From Octopus sinensis (taxonomy: Eukaryota): a stretch of 64,000 nucleotides of DNA. Below are positions 13,068 through 25,358 of the stretch, in pieces. The notes beneath the pieces were generated by a model. The model ran no database searches. It was not told the DNA's origin and saw nothing but the letters and a program-made list of their open reading frames with translations. A program made the translations under genes and the position numbers. Every line of letters begins with the position of its first letter. Positions within the stretch are counted from its first letter, which is position 1. Location of the stretch: assembly GCF_006345805.1 (NCBI RefSeq), contig NC_043009.1, positions 36,766,001 through 36,830,000 of the forward strand. The letters run 5' to 3'.

Positions 13068-13363
13068 TTCATTTGTTCCAGTCTTTTGACTGCGGTCATG
13101 CTGGAGCACCGCCTTTAGTCGAACAAATTGACAACCAGGACTTATTCTTTGTAAGCTTGGTGCTTATTCTATCGGTGTCTTTTGCCGAACAGCTATGTTA
13201 CCGGGACGACGGTCTTCTTTCAGTTTCCGCCTACCAAATCCACTCACAAGCTTTGTTTGGTCAGCCTGTGGTTATAGTAGAACACACTTGCCCAAGGTGT
13301 CACGCAGTGGGACTGAACCCGGAACCACGTGGTTGGTAAGCAAGCTACTTACCACACAGCCAT
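13068..13363 (-). mobile_element. SINE family A with the central CA spacer deleted
   Basis: Head and tail halves are joined directly at ~13205. Confidence 0.8.
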
Positions 13364-13370
13364 TCTGCAT

Positions 13371-13713
13371 CTGTCAATTTTTTCTTTTTGCCAAATAAAC
13401 ACACGCACTATATATTTTTTCTTCGCTCGTTTATTACTGTTCGTATTTTATTATTCTAACTCATGTCCAGTGTACGGAAATTTTTCGTCACACGTCTGTG
13501 ACCTCTTTAGCGACACTTTTCGTTTTCGTGTTTGTTCTTGCTCCACTTATTCCATTCTGTTCTTCTAAGGTGTCGCCGAAGTGGTCACAGATCTGTGATG
13601 AAAAATTTCCGGACAGGAGTTTCAATAATAAAATAAAAACAGTAATAAACGAGTGAAAGAAATATATATATAGTGCTAGTGTTTATTTGCTCACCCCACC
13701 AAAATGACCATCC
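13371..13713. mobile_element. Foldback MITE, same family as 59151-59429
   Basis: Arms caaataaacacacgcac..tttattactg / cagtaataaacgag..gtgtttatttg. Right terminus aaaatgaccatcc. Confidence 0.65.
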
Positions 13714-14078
13714 TGAAATACAACAGTATTGGTTTCAACACACGATTTCACATGAGGAACCGTGAAACACAAATTCATGACTGTATATAAATATCTATAT
13801 ATTTATATTTAAATACTCATCGTCTGAAAATCTTGTCTTTACTTTCTTTCTGTCTGAATGTACACATAGTCACAGACACACACACACGCCACCCCACACA
13901 CACACGCACACACACACACGCACACACACACACACACACACGCACACGCATACACACACACACACACACACAACACACACACACACGCACACACACACAC
14001 ACACGCACACACACAGACGCACACACGCACACACACACGCACACACACACGCACACAGTGTAGAAAGGACTTTTATTT

Positions 14079-14662
14079 AAGGCGGCGAGCTGGCAGAAAC
14101 GTTAGCACGCCGGCCGAAATACGTAGCCGTATTTCGTCTGCCGCTATGTTCTGAGTTCAAATTCCGCCGAGGTCGACTTTGCCTTTCATCCTTTCGGGGT
14201 CGATTAAATAAGTACCAGTTACGCACTAGGGTCGATGTAATCGACTTAATCCGTTTGTCTGTCCTTGTTTGTCCCCTCTGTGTTTAGACCCTTGTGGGTA
14301 GTAAAGAAATAGATATTTCGTCTGTCTTTACGTTCTGAGTTCAAATTCCGCCGAGGTCGACTTTGCCTTTCATCCCTTCGGGGTCGATTAAATAAGTACC
14401 AGTTACGCACTGGAGTCGATGTAATCGACTTAATCCGTTTGTCTGTCCTTGTTTGTCCCTTCCGTTTTTAGCCGTTTGTGGGTAGTAAAGAAATAGGTAT
14501 TTCGCCCGTCGCTACGTTCTGAGTTCAAATTTCTCGTAGGTCGACTTTCTCTTTCATCCTTTTGGAGTCGATTATATAAGTACCAGTTATTCACTGGAGT
14601 CGATGTAGTCTATTTAATCCACCCCCACCGCCCAAGCTGCCCTTGTGGTAAAAATTTGAAAC

Positions 14663-14699
<37 letters not shown>

Positions 14700-14850
14700 T
14701 TTGAAATTCCGCCGAGGTCGATTTTGCCCTTCACCCTTTCGAGGTCGAGAGAAAAATTACTAGTTGAGCACTGGGCTCAATGTGATTGACTTATGTCCCC
14801 CACCCACTCATCCATATTGCTGGCCTTAATCCAAAATTTGAAACCATTAT
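14079..14850 (+). mobile_element. SINE family B, tandem array
   Basis: One head (aaggcggcgagctggcag), then units restarting at TATTTCG at 14130, 14314 and 14498 (184-bp period), an (ATT)n tail and a fourth partial unit. Confidence 0.85.
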
Positions 14851-15574
14851 TAAAATCAAGTTTACTCGTTTCGAAATCAGCCTGACGTTGAAAGCTAATG
14901 ATTTCTTTACTCGTAATTTGTTGCTTCTAAACACTTATTCACTCTCTCACAATCATAATATTCGAGGTAATTGTCAATTAACACTTGTGTATGTGTGTGT
15001 GTATGCGTTTGTGTGTGTTTGTGTGTGTGTTATCTTCGCTTTACCTTTAATTTGTGTTGTAGTAGTTCATTATACGTTGTTTGCTTGTGGAAAACAAGAA
15101 ACAAAAATATGCAAAACTTTGAATTATACAGTGTTGAAGGCGAGAAAGACGGGGAGAGCGTGAGAGAGTGGAGAGGGAATAAGGGAGGTAAAAGGAGAAG
15201 GAGGGAATAAGAGTGGGAGGAGAAAGAAGTCCAAATTTACTATGAGTGTATTTTTTCTAGGTGCAGTGTGCATAAAGTATTAAAATATTAAGTTACGACT
15301 TAGTTTCTGAGTTCAAATCCCGCTGGAGTCAAGTATATTTTTATCTTCACTGTGATTAATAAAATAAAGTACCAGTCACCTACTTATGTCTAGTTAACTG
15401 AATAATTCCCTCCAGTTTAGTTTCAGGCCATTTGCCTGTGTTAGAAGCAATTATATTGCGGCAGTGGATCGGTAGAGTCGTTAGAGCGTTGTATAAAATG
15501 TTTTGGCTCTCAGAGTTCAAATCCTACTGAGATCAACCTTGCCCCTCATTCCATCAACCCCTACGTAATTTCTT

Positions 15575-15780
15575 ATTTCTTTATTGCCCATAAGGGGCTA
15601 AACATAGAGGGGACAAACAAGGACAGACAAAGGGGTTAAGTCGATTACATCGACTCCAGTGCGTAAATGGTACTTAATTTATCGACCCCGAAAGGATGAA
15701 ACGTTGAAATCAGAACGTAAAGACAGACGAAATATCGCTAAGCATTTTGCCCAGCGTGCTAACGTTTCTGCCAGCTCGTC
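15575..15780 (-). mobile_element. SINE family B
   Basis: Reverse complement of the 14079-14310 unit. Confidence 0.85.
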
Positions 15781-16436
15781 CTGTACCTATATCAGAAAAC
15801 ATAAATAAGGCAAATCTATTTGCTACTGAGTTAAAATTGAGCTGAACATTGCTTTTTAACTGTCAGGGATCCATGAAATATAGTACCAGTCATATACTGC
15901 TGTCGTTTGAATCTAACGATCCAACCTTACCCTTCCTTCCAAATTTCTCGGCCTTGTGCTTATATGTCAACTTTATTTGTTGGTCTTAATACTAAAGAAA
16001 AAAACGTATTTTGAAATGGCTTTTGTTCGAATTTTACTTTCTCCAGCACACCTTAGATTTGTGTTGGTGGTACTGCCGTTTAGCTTAAGGTCCGCCCTGA
16101 AAGGGCACGTATTATGGGAGGGATTCCATTTGTAACCATCTTGCGTTTTTCCTTTATACAGTGGGGGGGTCAAGACTAAATTTAGAATGTTCAGCCATGT
16201 TCTTATTTCAGAGAATGGGGTTTAATTTTGAAATGATCTGACTTCTATTTTAAGCAGGTAGGGTTTCTTTCGTTGATTAGAGACATGTCACCCACCATTA
16301 CTATATTGCTTAATATGTCCGTCTCATTTATAAGGAGATGACGTGTGGCTTGAAAGATATTGCTGCTATTTCGAGAGAATATGTTGACCAACCCTGCTGT
16401 TAATCAAATTTTCGTATTATTATATTGATATGCATA

Positions 16437-17707
16437 CAGGGGTTGGAGAAAATAATGGAAATATCTAGCATCATAGCATCATAATTTTAAAATATCTATA
16501 AAACTGTCAAAAGCTTGTTAACTTTTATGTTTTTTGGTTAATTATCAGTGTTGCTTAATATGTTTTGCTAAAATTGCTGGGTTTTTTCTAGATACCATCA
16601 GTAAAAGGTAATTAAAATTCATTAAAATGACAGATCTATCTGACTTTCAAAGAGGTCAAATTGTTGGTGTTCGTATGGCAGGCGCTAGCATAACGAAAAC
16701 AGCTGAAATGTCTGGTGTATCGTGAGGTACTGTCTCGAAAGTAATGACAGCATTTGAGATAGAGGGAAAAACCTCCTCGTCGAAACAAAACTCCGGAAGA
16801 AAACCAAAACTTTCAGATAGGGACCGTCGGACTCTTACGGAATTGTTAGAAAGGATCACAAAAGTACAGCTCCCAAAAATACTGTATCACCACGAGAACC
16901 CAGTTTCCATAAAAACTTCGCCGGGAGCTGCATAAAGCTGGATTTTACAGGATGGCTGCAATCAAGAAACCACTACTTTCAAAAACAAACTTTGCAAAGC
17001 GTTTAGAGTGGAGTAAAAACCTACAGAATAGGTCCCTAGAGCAGTGGAAGAATGTAATTTTCTCGGACGAATCATTCTTTACTTTATTTTCAACCACCGG
17101 CCGAGTATAAGTGTGGAGAAAGCCAAAAGAAGCTTTTGATCCATACTGCCTTCTTCCAACTGTTAAACATGGTGGAGGATCTGTGATGATCTGGGGTGGG
17201 AGCTATATCTTGGAAATCCTCCGGCCTAATGGTTTTCCTTCATGGCAGAATGAATAGTCAAGACTATTTAAGCATTTTATCTGATCAAATTCATCCTATG
17301 GTTGCGGAACTATTTCCGGAGGGAAACGCATTCTTTCAGGATGATAATGCACTAATTCATACAGTTAAAGTTGTTACTGAATGGCACGAGGAACATTCTA
17401 GTGAAGATGAACATCTTATCTGGCCACCCCAGTCCCTAGATCTCAATATTATTGAACATCTAGGGTGCATTTTAGAAAGACAAGTAAGGAGTCGATATCC
17501 TCCATCATCATCACTACAAGAACTGGAGACTGTTTTAGCTGAAGAATGGACAAAAATTCCTTTTGAAACAATTCAAACTTTGTACGAGTCCATACCACGT
17601 AGAATTAAACCTGAAATTACTGCCAAAGGTGGTCCTACTCCATATTAAATATTAAAATAAATTGGTTTAAAATTTTAAGGTATTTCTATTATTTTGTCCA
17701 ACCCCTG
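16437..17707 (+). mobile_element. Full-length Tc1/mariner-superfamily DNA transposon, DD36E (Incomer-like)
   Basis: TIRs CAGGGGTTGGAGAAAATAATGGAAATA / TATTTCTATTATTTTGTCCAACCCCTG. TA duplications at 16435-36 and 17708-09. Length 1271 bp. Confidence 0.92.
16627..17648 (+). pseudogene. Disrupted Tc1-type transposase
   Basis: MTDLSDFQRGQIVG..GRKPKLS, WKNVIFSDES (D at 17066), FQDDNALIH (D at 17343), SLDLNIIEHL (E at 17454). Internal TGA at ~16717 and frameshifts around 16850-17200. Confidence 0.9.
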
Positions 17708-17736
17708 TATATCTTCAGAAACAAGGTTAATCGCAG

Positions 17737-17768
<32 letters not shown>

Positions 17769-17828
17769 CATACATACATACATTACATACATACATATTA
17801 TATCTATATATATATATACATATACACA

Positions 17829-17881
<53 letters not shown>

Positions 17882-18196
17882 TATAAGAAATACTGAATTT
17901 CTAAATCTCTCGTAGAGACATGTACGGTGGTGGTGCAATAGAATGGTTGTATACTGTCAATCTAACACGAACGTGACAGTAGGGGGGGGGGTTATACCAC
18001 CGCTGTATAGCCCTAGGAAGCATCGAACGCCTCCTGATGGCTTTGACACATTTTTCCCCTGTGCCTTCGTAAATGTATATAAGGACACAAGGAAAAATGT
18101 GTCAAAGCCATCAGGAGGCGTTCGATGCTTCCTAGGGCTATATAGCGGTGGTCTACCCCCTACTGTCACGTTTGTGTTAGATTGACAGTATACAAC

Positions 18197-18201
<5 letters not shown>
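17882..18201 (+). mobile_element. Palindrome-plus-tail element, copy 1
   Basis: 59-bp tail (17882-17940), then a 261-bp near-perfect inverted repeat (17941-18201). Inverted homolog of 50635-50941. Sits between (TA)n tracts. Confidence 0.85.
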
Positions 18202-18239
<38 letters not shown>

Positions 18240-18707
18240 TATACATACATATATAAATATATATATGTATATATATGTAAGTACGTACAGACATACGCAC
18301 GTATACATGCACACGTACACACACACATACTGAGGCTGCACCAGACAATGAGAAACCTTGTCAATGGAAGTTTTATTATTTTATACGGTGTCATTAGTCT
18401 CAGCTTTATTAAGTGGAGGAATTGATTGGTACAGGTTCACACTCTGGACGACTATTGCAGTATTCGCCGTTCTAAAGACATCTTCATATTGACTGGAATA
18501 TAAATATTACCATTTGGCATTAATACTGCTTCCGTCCCTAATATATACACGTATAGTTAGCGTCTTATTCTCAGCATTTGGATAGAACATTTTTTTCTAA
18601 GCCTTTGTTATAATTATACATATAATTTTCACCTTAATCGGTTTCATTTTATATGCTGACCACTGATAAAATTAAAAACAGTTTTATCCTCTATTATTGT
18701 AATTATG

Positions 18708-18786
<79 letters not shown>

Positions 18787-18902
18787 AATCCACATACCCC
18801 ACTATATATTTATATATATATATATGCATTCATATGTGCATGTACGCATTTATATGTGTATATATATTCCCCAAAACACACAAACACACACACATATATA
18901 TG

Positions 18903-18935
<33 letters not shown>

Positions 18936-19854
18936 GCGTGTGTGTGTGTGTTTATGTATTTATACATGTGTATATATGGATAGCTGTGTACGCAAGTACA
19001 TATTTAAACTATGCAATTAAACTTCCTGTGAGGAACTTTTAGTTTAATTACATATCCGTATTTCTCCACATGCCTTGGATAATATTTTTGAGCAATTTTT
19101 TTTATGCTTCAACATGCTCTCTTGACAAGTAAAAAATTGTAGACTGGCAGAGTCGTTAGAGTGCTGAACAAAATGCCGTAAGGCATTGCGTCTGGCTGCT
19201 TGCGATCTGAGTTCAGTTCTTGCTGAGGTCATCTTTGCAACTTCATCTCTGTATGGTCAATAAAATATAGGTAAATCCAGTACTGGAAACGGTGTAATCA
19301 ACTAACTAAATTTATAATCTTTTTACCTATATTAGAAATAATTAATATTTCATTGTTGACTTGTTTCGAATAGTTTGGAAGCTGTATCTATTCTTTAGCA
19401 TTTTATATGTTTTTGTTTCGTTAAAACATTCTGTAAACATTGGTGTGTCTTACTACAAAAGGGAACACCCTGAAAAAAAAAGAATGAAAATAATTATTTT
19501 ATTGTCACAGCAAAACACACAGGAACATATTGCCCTAATAGAAAAAAAAACAAAGAAAATGATTTTATTAGCAGTAACAGCGGTACACGCTCGTACACAC
19601 GCATACACACACTCACACATGCACCTGCACACACAAACGTATACATACATTCACGCAAGCGTACGCTCATACACGCACACGTACTTACATGTACACGCTC
19701 TTTACATAGTCACACATTCGCACATTCGTGCGCACATAAGTTCATGCACACACTCACATATACATACACAAACACACACTTCCATGCGTACACTTTAACA
19801 CGTGAAAAACGCTGTTGTTTCCGAAAGTTCTTACTTTTCCTCGTACTCTGGCAG

Positions 19855-20023
19855 AGCAGGAGAGCGCGATACCAGCATGGACCAGAATCATAATTCCGTT
19901 GGAAGATACCTCGTTCCTCAGTCCCGGAGATCAACGTACAAGCATCCCGTCTCCCTAACGCAACTAGCAACGACTTGGCGCAACTCCACAACGGCACAAA
20001 TTGTGCCATTGAGACATGAATGT
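19855..20023 (+). other. Candidate exon of an unidentified gene
   Basis: CpG-rich unique island, pyrimidine tract plus cag| (alternative acceptor ttcctcag| at 19921) and donor TGT|gtaagt at 20024. The reading frame is ambiguous. Confidence 0.25.
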
Positions 20024-20361
20024 GTAAGTGACCAATGACAATTAGCTGGGTGAACACGAACCGCTGATCTCTCGGTGGCAAGCTGTCCTCTGATTCGTAT
20101 TTTAGTAAATTTAATGGTGACGAAGCAGTAGAGTCGTTAGAACGACTTACAGTATTTGTTTTAGGTCTTTGCGCACATCTGTCCATCGAGTTTACTGGTG
20201 TGTTTGGATAGTTGTTGTGTCATATTAGATTAGAAGTGGTTTCTAATTCCTCACTCAATTCTCCTCAAATTTCTTGCAAGAAACGGACATTGTGGCTTGT
20301 CTCACTCCATCTCCCCACTGCACTCCATAACCAATTCTAAAATGGAAAGACGGGGAGAAAG

Positions 20362-20408
<47 letters not shown>

Positions 20409-20770
20409 TGAGAGACAGAGAGTGAGAGAGAAAGACAAAAAGTGAGAGAAGGATAGAGAAAGAAAGAGCGAGGGGATTAATAATTGGCCCGTAGACTAAA
20501 AGTTTAACTTAACTTTGGTGCGATTCGAACTCGATATGCAAAGAACCGGAACAATTACCGCAAAACAAGCATACAAAACAATACAAAGAAAGGGGTTGTG
20601 TGCATGCATGCGTGTCAGCGTGTCTACAGTGGCGGAGCTTGTTTAAAATTCATCTAATCATTTCATGTGAAAGTTTTGATAATTAACCATGAAGGAAACG
20701 TGTGATTGTCGTCGGTTGAGGTGGATCGCAGGCAAATGACATACGTCTCCATTGCATTCATTTTTTTCAG

Positions 20771-20909
20771 CCCATCACGCCCAGTCGATGTTGTGGCAAG
20801 TGTGCAAGAGGACCCGCCCCTCTACACAGATGTACGAAACAGCTGTGACGTTAAGTTCTGGAGCCGGCAGATCAGGAATGTCACAATGTTGGGGACTGAG
20901 AGCTTGTAA
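20771..20909 (+). CDS. Candidate terminal coding exon (PSRPVDVVASVQEDPPLYTDVRNSCDVKFWSRQIRNVTMLGTESL*), product unknown
   Basis: Very strong acceptor attgcattcatttttttcag|, an open frame rich in purine-first codons, and a PPxY motif. No family recognised. Confidence 0.3.
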
Positions 20910-21144
20910 TAATGACAGTAGTCGTAGTTGTTGTTGTTGTTGTTACCGTCGTTGCTGTTGTTGTAACGGCAATAATTGTCGGTTGCGGGTGGTAATTTTT
21001 AGAGTAAATGTAGTTGCGATGGTGGAGTTTAGGGTGAGACAACGGTGATGATTATAGTTCATATAGTTCATATGATTATAGTTCATATAGTTCATATGTT
21101 GGAAATGATGACAATAATGATGATCATTCTGTTGCTGCTGCTGT

Positions 21145-21180
<36 letters not shown>

Positions 21181-21249
21181 GGAGGAGGAGGAGGAGGAGG
21201 AGGAGGAGGAGCAGGATGTGGAGGAGCAGGAGGAGAAGTTAGTGGTGAA

Positions 21250-21885
21250 TTTCTTTTACTTGCCATGGAGTGTCGAGCAAACGGGACTTTAGAAAGACAA
21301 ATTACACCCCGTGTTCTACATAAAATATGAGGAAGCAAAAAAAGTGATATAACAAAAAAAAAAACATATACGAATACCTGGCTACAAGGACGATACTCTT
21401 CTCTTGATACAAGAGGCCCTGCAACTCGGGTCAGTCATGGAACCCTATATATACAAAATCACGCTGGCAACCAAGGGCAAATAACCTCTCCTCAGTGTTG
21501 TTTATTAATTTACAGTTACATACTTAGAATAACCCCAGCCACTCTAACGAATTTAGCCACAGTCATCCTTTTGACAAATTTTCTAGAGGAGACCACTTCC
21601 ACCTTCCCTTCATCCATCTTTAAAAATTGAAAATGACTAACCACACAACTTCTTTCGCCACAGCCACCAGAAAAAGAAAGACTTCCTGTCATGCTCAATT
21701 AAAAGAGGGCGACGGGGTCGACCTCACGATGGACTCAGTCGATTGCTGGATTCAGCCTACACCCATATTTCGATAGTCATAAACCCCTTAAGTCAGCAAT
21801 ACCTAGGCATCGAAAGAATGGTTTCATCGGGCCAGGTCGCCGGATTGATGATACTTTCCTTCCTCGCTCTGATCTAACTCGAAGA
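21250..21885 (-). mobile_element. 3' relic of Tx1/L1-like non-LTR retrotransposon
   Basis: Minus strand DETIL..STESIVRSTPSPSF..EVFLFLVAVAKEVVW..KFVKRMTVAKFVRVAGVILSM* resembles Tx1-type ORF2 C-termini. Contains stops and frameshifts. Confidence 0.6.
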
Positions 21886-21918
21886 CCTAGCTAAGTGATA
21901 ATAATTAAAAGAGACGAT

Positions 21919-22110
21919 AAGACTGCGAGCTGGTAGAATCGTTAGCATGTCGGGCTAACGTTCAGAGTTCAAATTCCACCGAGGTTGTCTTTGCCTTTCA
22001 TTCTTCGGAGTCGATAAAATAAGTATTTGCTGAGCACTGGGGTCATTGTACTCGACTTACCTCGGCCCCGAAATTGCTGGCATTGTGCCAAAATTCGAAA
22101 CCAATGATTA
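21919..22110 (+). mobile_element. SINE family B (diverged variant)
   Basis: gcgagctggtagaatcgttagc..gagttcaaattccaccgaggt..gtcgataaaataagta. Confidence 0.75.
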
Positions 22111-24297
22111 AAAGACACAGAACGAATCCATAAATGAACAACATAGATGAAAGGTTCTCGTACCAGATACGAAAACTAGGAAAAGTTCTGTAGATTTGAT
22201 ATTATAGAAGCTTGTAACTGGTCAGTGAGAAAGAGGCGGAGGACAAGAAGTTAAAGAAAGCTATGGCTTGAAGCTGTTGCCAACAGTTTTGAGGGTGGTA
22301 GGTCAGTAATTGCATGGTTGAGAGAGATGTAGGAATTGTTTGGGAGGCGGAAGAGTTTCTTGACAAGAATGTCAGGGGGAAATATCCAGGGATGTGTTCT
22401 GCATGAAAAACAAAGAATAAAGTGAACGCTAGCATAAGTAATATAGCGATCCAAGATATTGTAATCAAAATCAGAGTCCTAGTAATGAGAAAAAAAAATT
22501 ATTATTTAAATGATCAATACTGCTGAAAAAGACAAGAGAAACAAAATGCCGGAATTTAGATTTACTGAAATTTATTAAACAGAATATATTAGTATAGAAC
22601 TCCATAAAAATGTTATAAACTTTGTTGTTGTTCCAACCACTGCTACTGATGATGATGATGATGATGCATAAAAATAATTATTTCTGCTATCATTTTCTCA
22701 TCGTCTGTTGTTGCTGCTTTCGTTGGCCTGATGGCGTCGTGTTATTGCTGCTATTGTTGTTTTTGTTGCTTTGTTGATATCGTTATTGCTGCTTCTTCAC
22801 TCGTAGCAATGGCTACAGAACACTATCGAGTGTTGTCTGTCATTGTTTTACATCAACAGTAATTAGAAATGCACTGACGGTATATAGTGTCTACGTTGAC
22901 AGCTGTTACTCTTACAGTTGCCACCGTTCCACCTTCAACATGTATTATTGTAATTGTAGTTGTATACAAACACATAAACACAAATATACACTTGCGTTTA
23001 AGGTTTAACTATTGATGCTGACTCTAAATTTTTATGGAAGGAGATCAAAATAGTGAGGCTAAATAAAAGACTACATTTACATAATAAAATTAAATGTTTT
23101 GGAAATAAATTTTTCATTAAGGAGAAGACAAGATGATTACAATATAAACTGCTACTCTACGGTATATGATGAAATGGTATAGCCATATATATATATCAAA
23201 AGTATTTCTCATATATCTACTTTTGGACAAGAAATGTTCAAGTGACTAAACTGAAGGAAACGTGTGATAATGATAGCAAGACAACGAACAACTTAACCAT
23301 CCTGAGATCAGTGTGTTACGGTTTAACTATATTTCACAGATGAGACCTAACAAGAGCGAAATATACCTTGTCTTTACAAACAGAAAAGTAGTGATTATTT
23401 TTGGTAGAAAATACTAATATCGAAGTAGACATTTATACCGAAATGGTAAACAAGAGCAAATGATCTAATTCTCTTCCTCTCGTTCTTTATCTCTTTCTAT
23501 CCTGCCACATTTTGCCAAACGAAAATATTCAAAATATTGTAAATGGATGGACTTTATTAGTAAATGGCCGGTAGCAATGGTGGCAAAGGGGTGTGTAGTT
23601 CCACTGACTGAAGAATTTGTCCAAGAATATACTAGAAGAATTTTGAAATACCTTTGCCTTGTTAAAAAAGTGGAAGAACGCTGTGTGCCGACAAAGAGAA
23701 ATTTAAAGAAGTAAAGTTCTAGTTGGCTTATGGGAGATTATTCTGTCCATCTACCGGTAAAGGCTTATGGAAGTGCTCACCTGGTCTCGAAGATGGAGGG
23801 TGAAGCCAGGCAATAAACAGATATTGTACATCACACATATCTGCTAATACATAGAGCAGCAAAATGCAAGTGTCACAATCAGGGAGAGTGACGATGATAA
23901 TGTGTAATGATTGAACATCACATTTATTACGCAATATGGGTATGGAACGGGTGCAAAGTCGGGCGTACTTTCATAGTGTATCATGGGTTGGGAATGGATG
24001 CGGAGGCGTCGAGGTAATTAAATATCAGATGTGAACGAGATGAGTCACTATGGACTTCTCAGGCATAAGTACAGAGCCAGCTTTGGCCTTTGCTTCGTCG
24101 TGAGTGCAGAGTCACAAACAGTGAGACAGGAGGTGCATGACAAAAATCCCAGATGTTTAACTTCATAATTAAGATCCAAGCATTTAACTTCTTGACAAAA
24201 TGAAAATACAATGAAAGAGCGGCGAGCAGTTGCAGTGGCAGCTGTGTAATAAGACCGGACCTTTCAATAACAGGTGTAAACCATCCAATGGGCTTCT

Positions 24298-24679
24298 CAT
24301 CATCATCATTGTTCGACCGTGGTCGAGACAATGGAATTTACCATGCTACGCCAGACTTCACGGTCCATCATGGCATTACGGAGGTCCTGTTGCTGGATGA
24401 CTGTATCCCTGGAGATTACATCAGGGTAGGAGAGCGTGCGCCCTCTGTTATTGCGAGTAGATGGCTTCCAGAGGAGAAGAGTAGAAATTACTTCTTTTTC
24501 AGCTCTACAACAATGTCCAGCAAACTGGACTCTCCTACCTTTCACAAGAGATGACACAGGTGGTAGTTTCCCATATATTTGCATTTTGGTTGGATGGCGC
24601 TTCCACGAGAGATTTTGAGCTCCCATAAGGAGGCGAGTGTAGGTTCCATCCAACCGCCTCTCAAGCTTCTTTGATAACG
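24298..24679 (-). mobile_element. 5'-truncated RTE-clade LINE insertion
   Basis: Intact C-terminal ORF WTLSKKLERRLDGTYTRLL..RRVQFAGHC..DREVWRSMVN, a (TGA)n tail, and a perfect 14-bp TSD TCCAATGGGCTTCT at 24284-24297 and 24680-24693. Confidence 0.9.
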
Positions 24680-25292
24680 TCCAATGGGCTTCTACCACGT
24701 TTCCATTCATTCAGTTTCACTCACAGGGTTTGGGCCGTATCGAAGCTATGGTAAAAAGGCACCTAGCCAAGATCCCACGCAGTGGAATCGAATCAATAGG
24801 ACTGCAAAACGTTTTTCTTTTTTAGCTATTCGGTCATACTATGCCCTTACGGGTTAAACAGTCTATGGTTAGAAATAACTGACCTCCCAGCAGTTATTTT
24901 TGACAAAGACCGATAGAATAAGTGCCAGACTCAAAAGAAAAGAAGTACCTGACTCCATGCATTTTACTAAAAATTCCAAAATTCTTCAATCTAATGATTG
25001 AAACAAGTAAACTGATAAAAAATGAATATATATATATAAATAAATGAAAGAATGGAGTAGAACGACGATTTAACAAAATTCCTTTATTCTCGACATATGT
25101 TTCGAAGACTGTATATTCCTAATTCCGAAGGAATAAGAATTATTTATAGTAAAAAAAACACACAAATTTCCACACGAAAGCACGTGATCCCTGCCCTTGG
25201 CATGTAGCTTCAACCGTGTTTTCTGACGTGAATTTGCTACCCAGGTATCGGTTAACCGAATTATCCATACTAAGATAATTCATTCAACTACT

Positions 25293-25358
<66 letters not shown>

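Noticed and set aside
17939-18203. Ordinary TA-flanked Tc1/mariner MITE interpretation of the palindrome
   Set aside because: Both copies carry the same one-sided tail, and copy 2 has an 11-14 bp duplication outside the tail.
20745-20895. Minus-strand Cys-rich, sushi-like reading (PQHCDIPDLP..YICVEG..C..W)
   Set aside because: It is the antisense frame of the better supported plus-strand exon, has an internal TGA and lacks a start codon.
20943-21338. Poly-Pro/His/Gln ORFs here and at 48371-48675, 53064-53249 and 30748-31176
   Set aside because: Trinucleotide microsatellites with no splice or domain support.
22202-22468. 88-aa ORF with a hydrophobic N-terminus and an LTYHP motif
   Set aside because: No further similarity. 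It could be a decayed PLE, but the evidence is too thin.
25081-25112. Half hammerhead on the minus strand (GAA ACATATGT C)
   Set aside because: The CUGANGA half and the stem II partner are missing. Probably a truncated PLE end.
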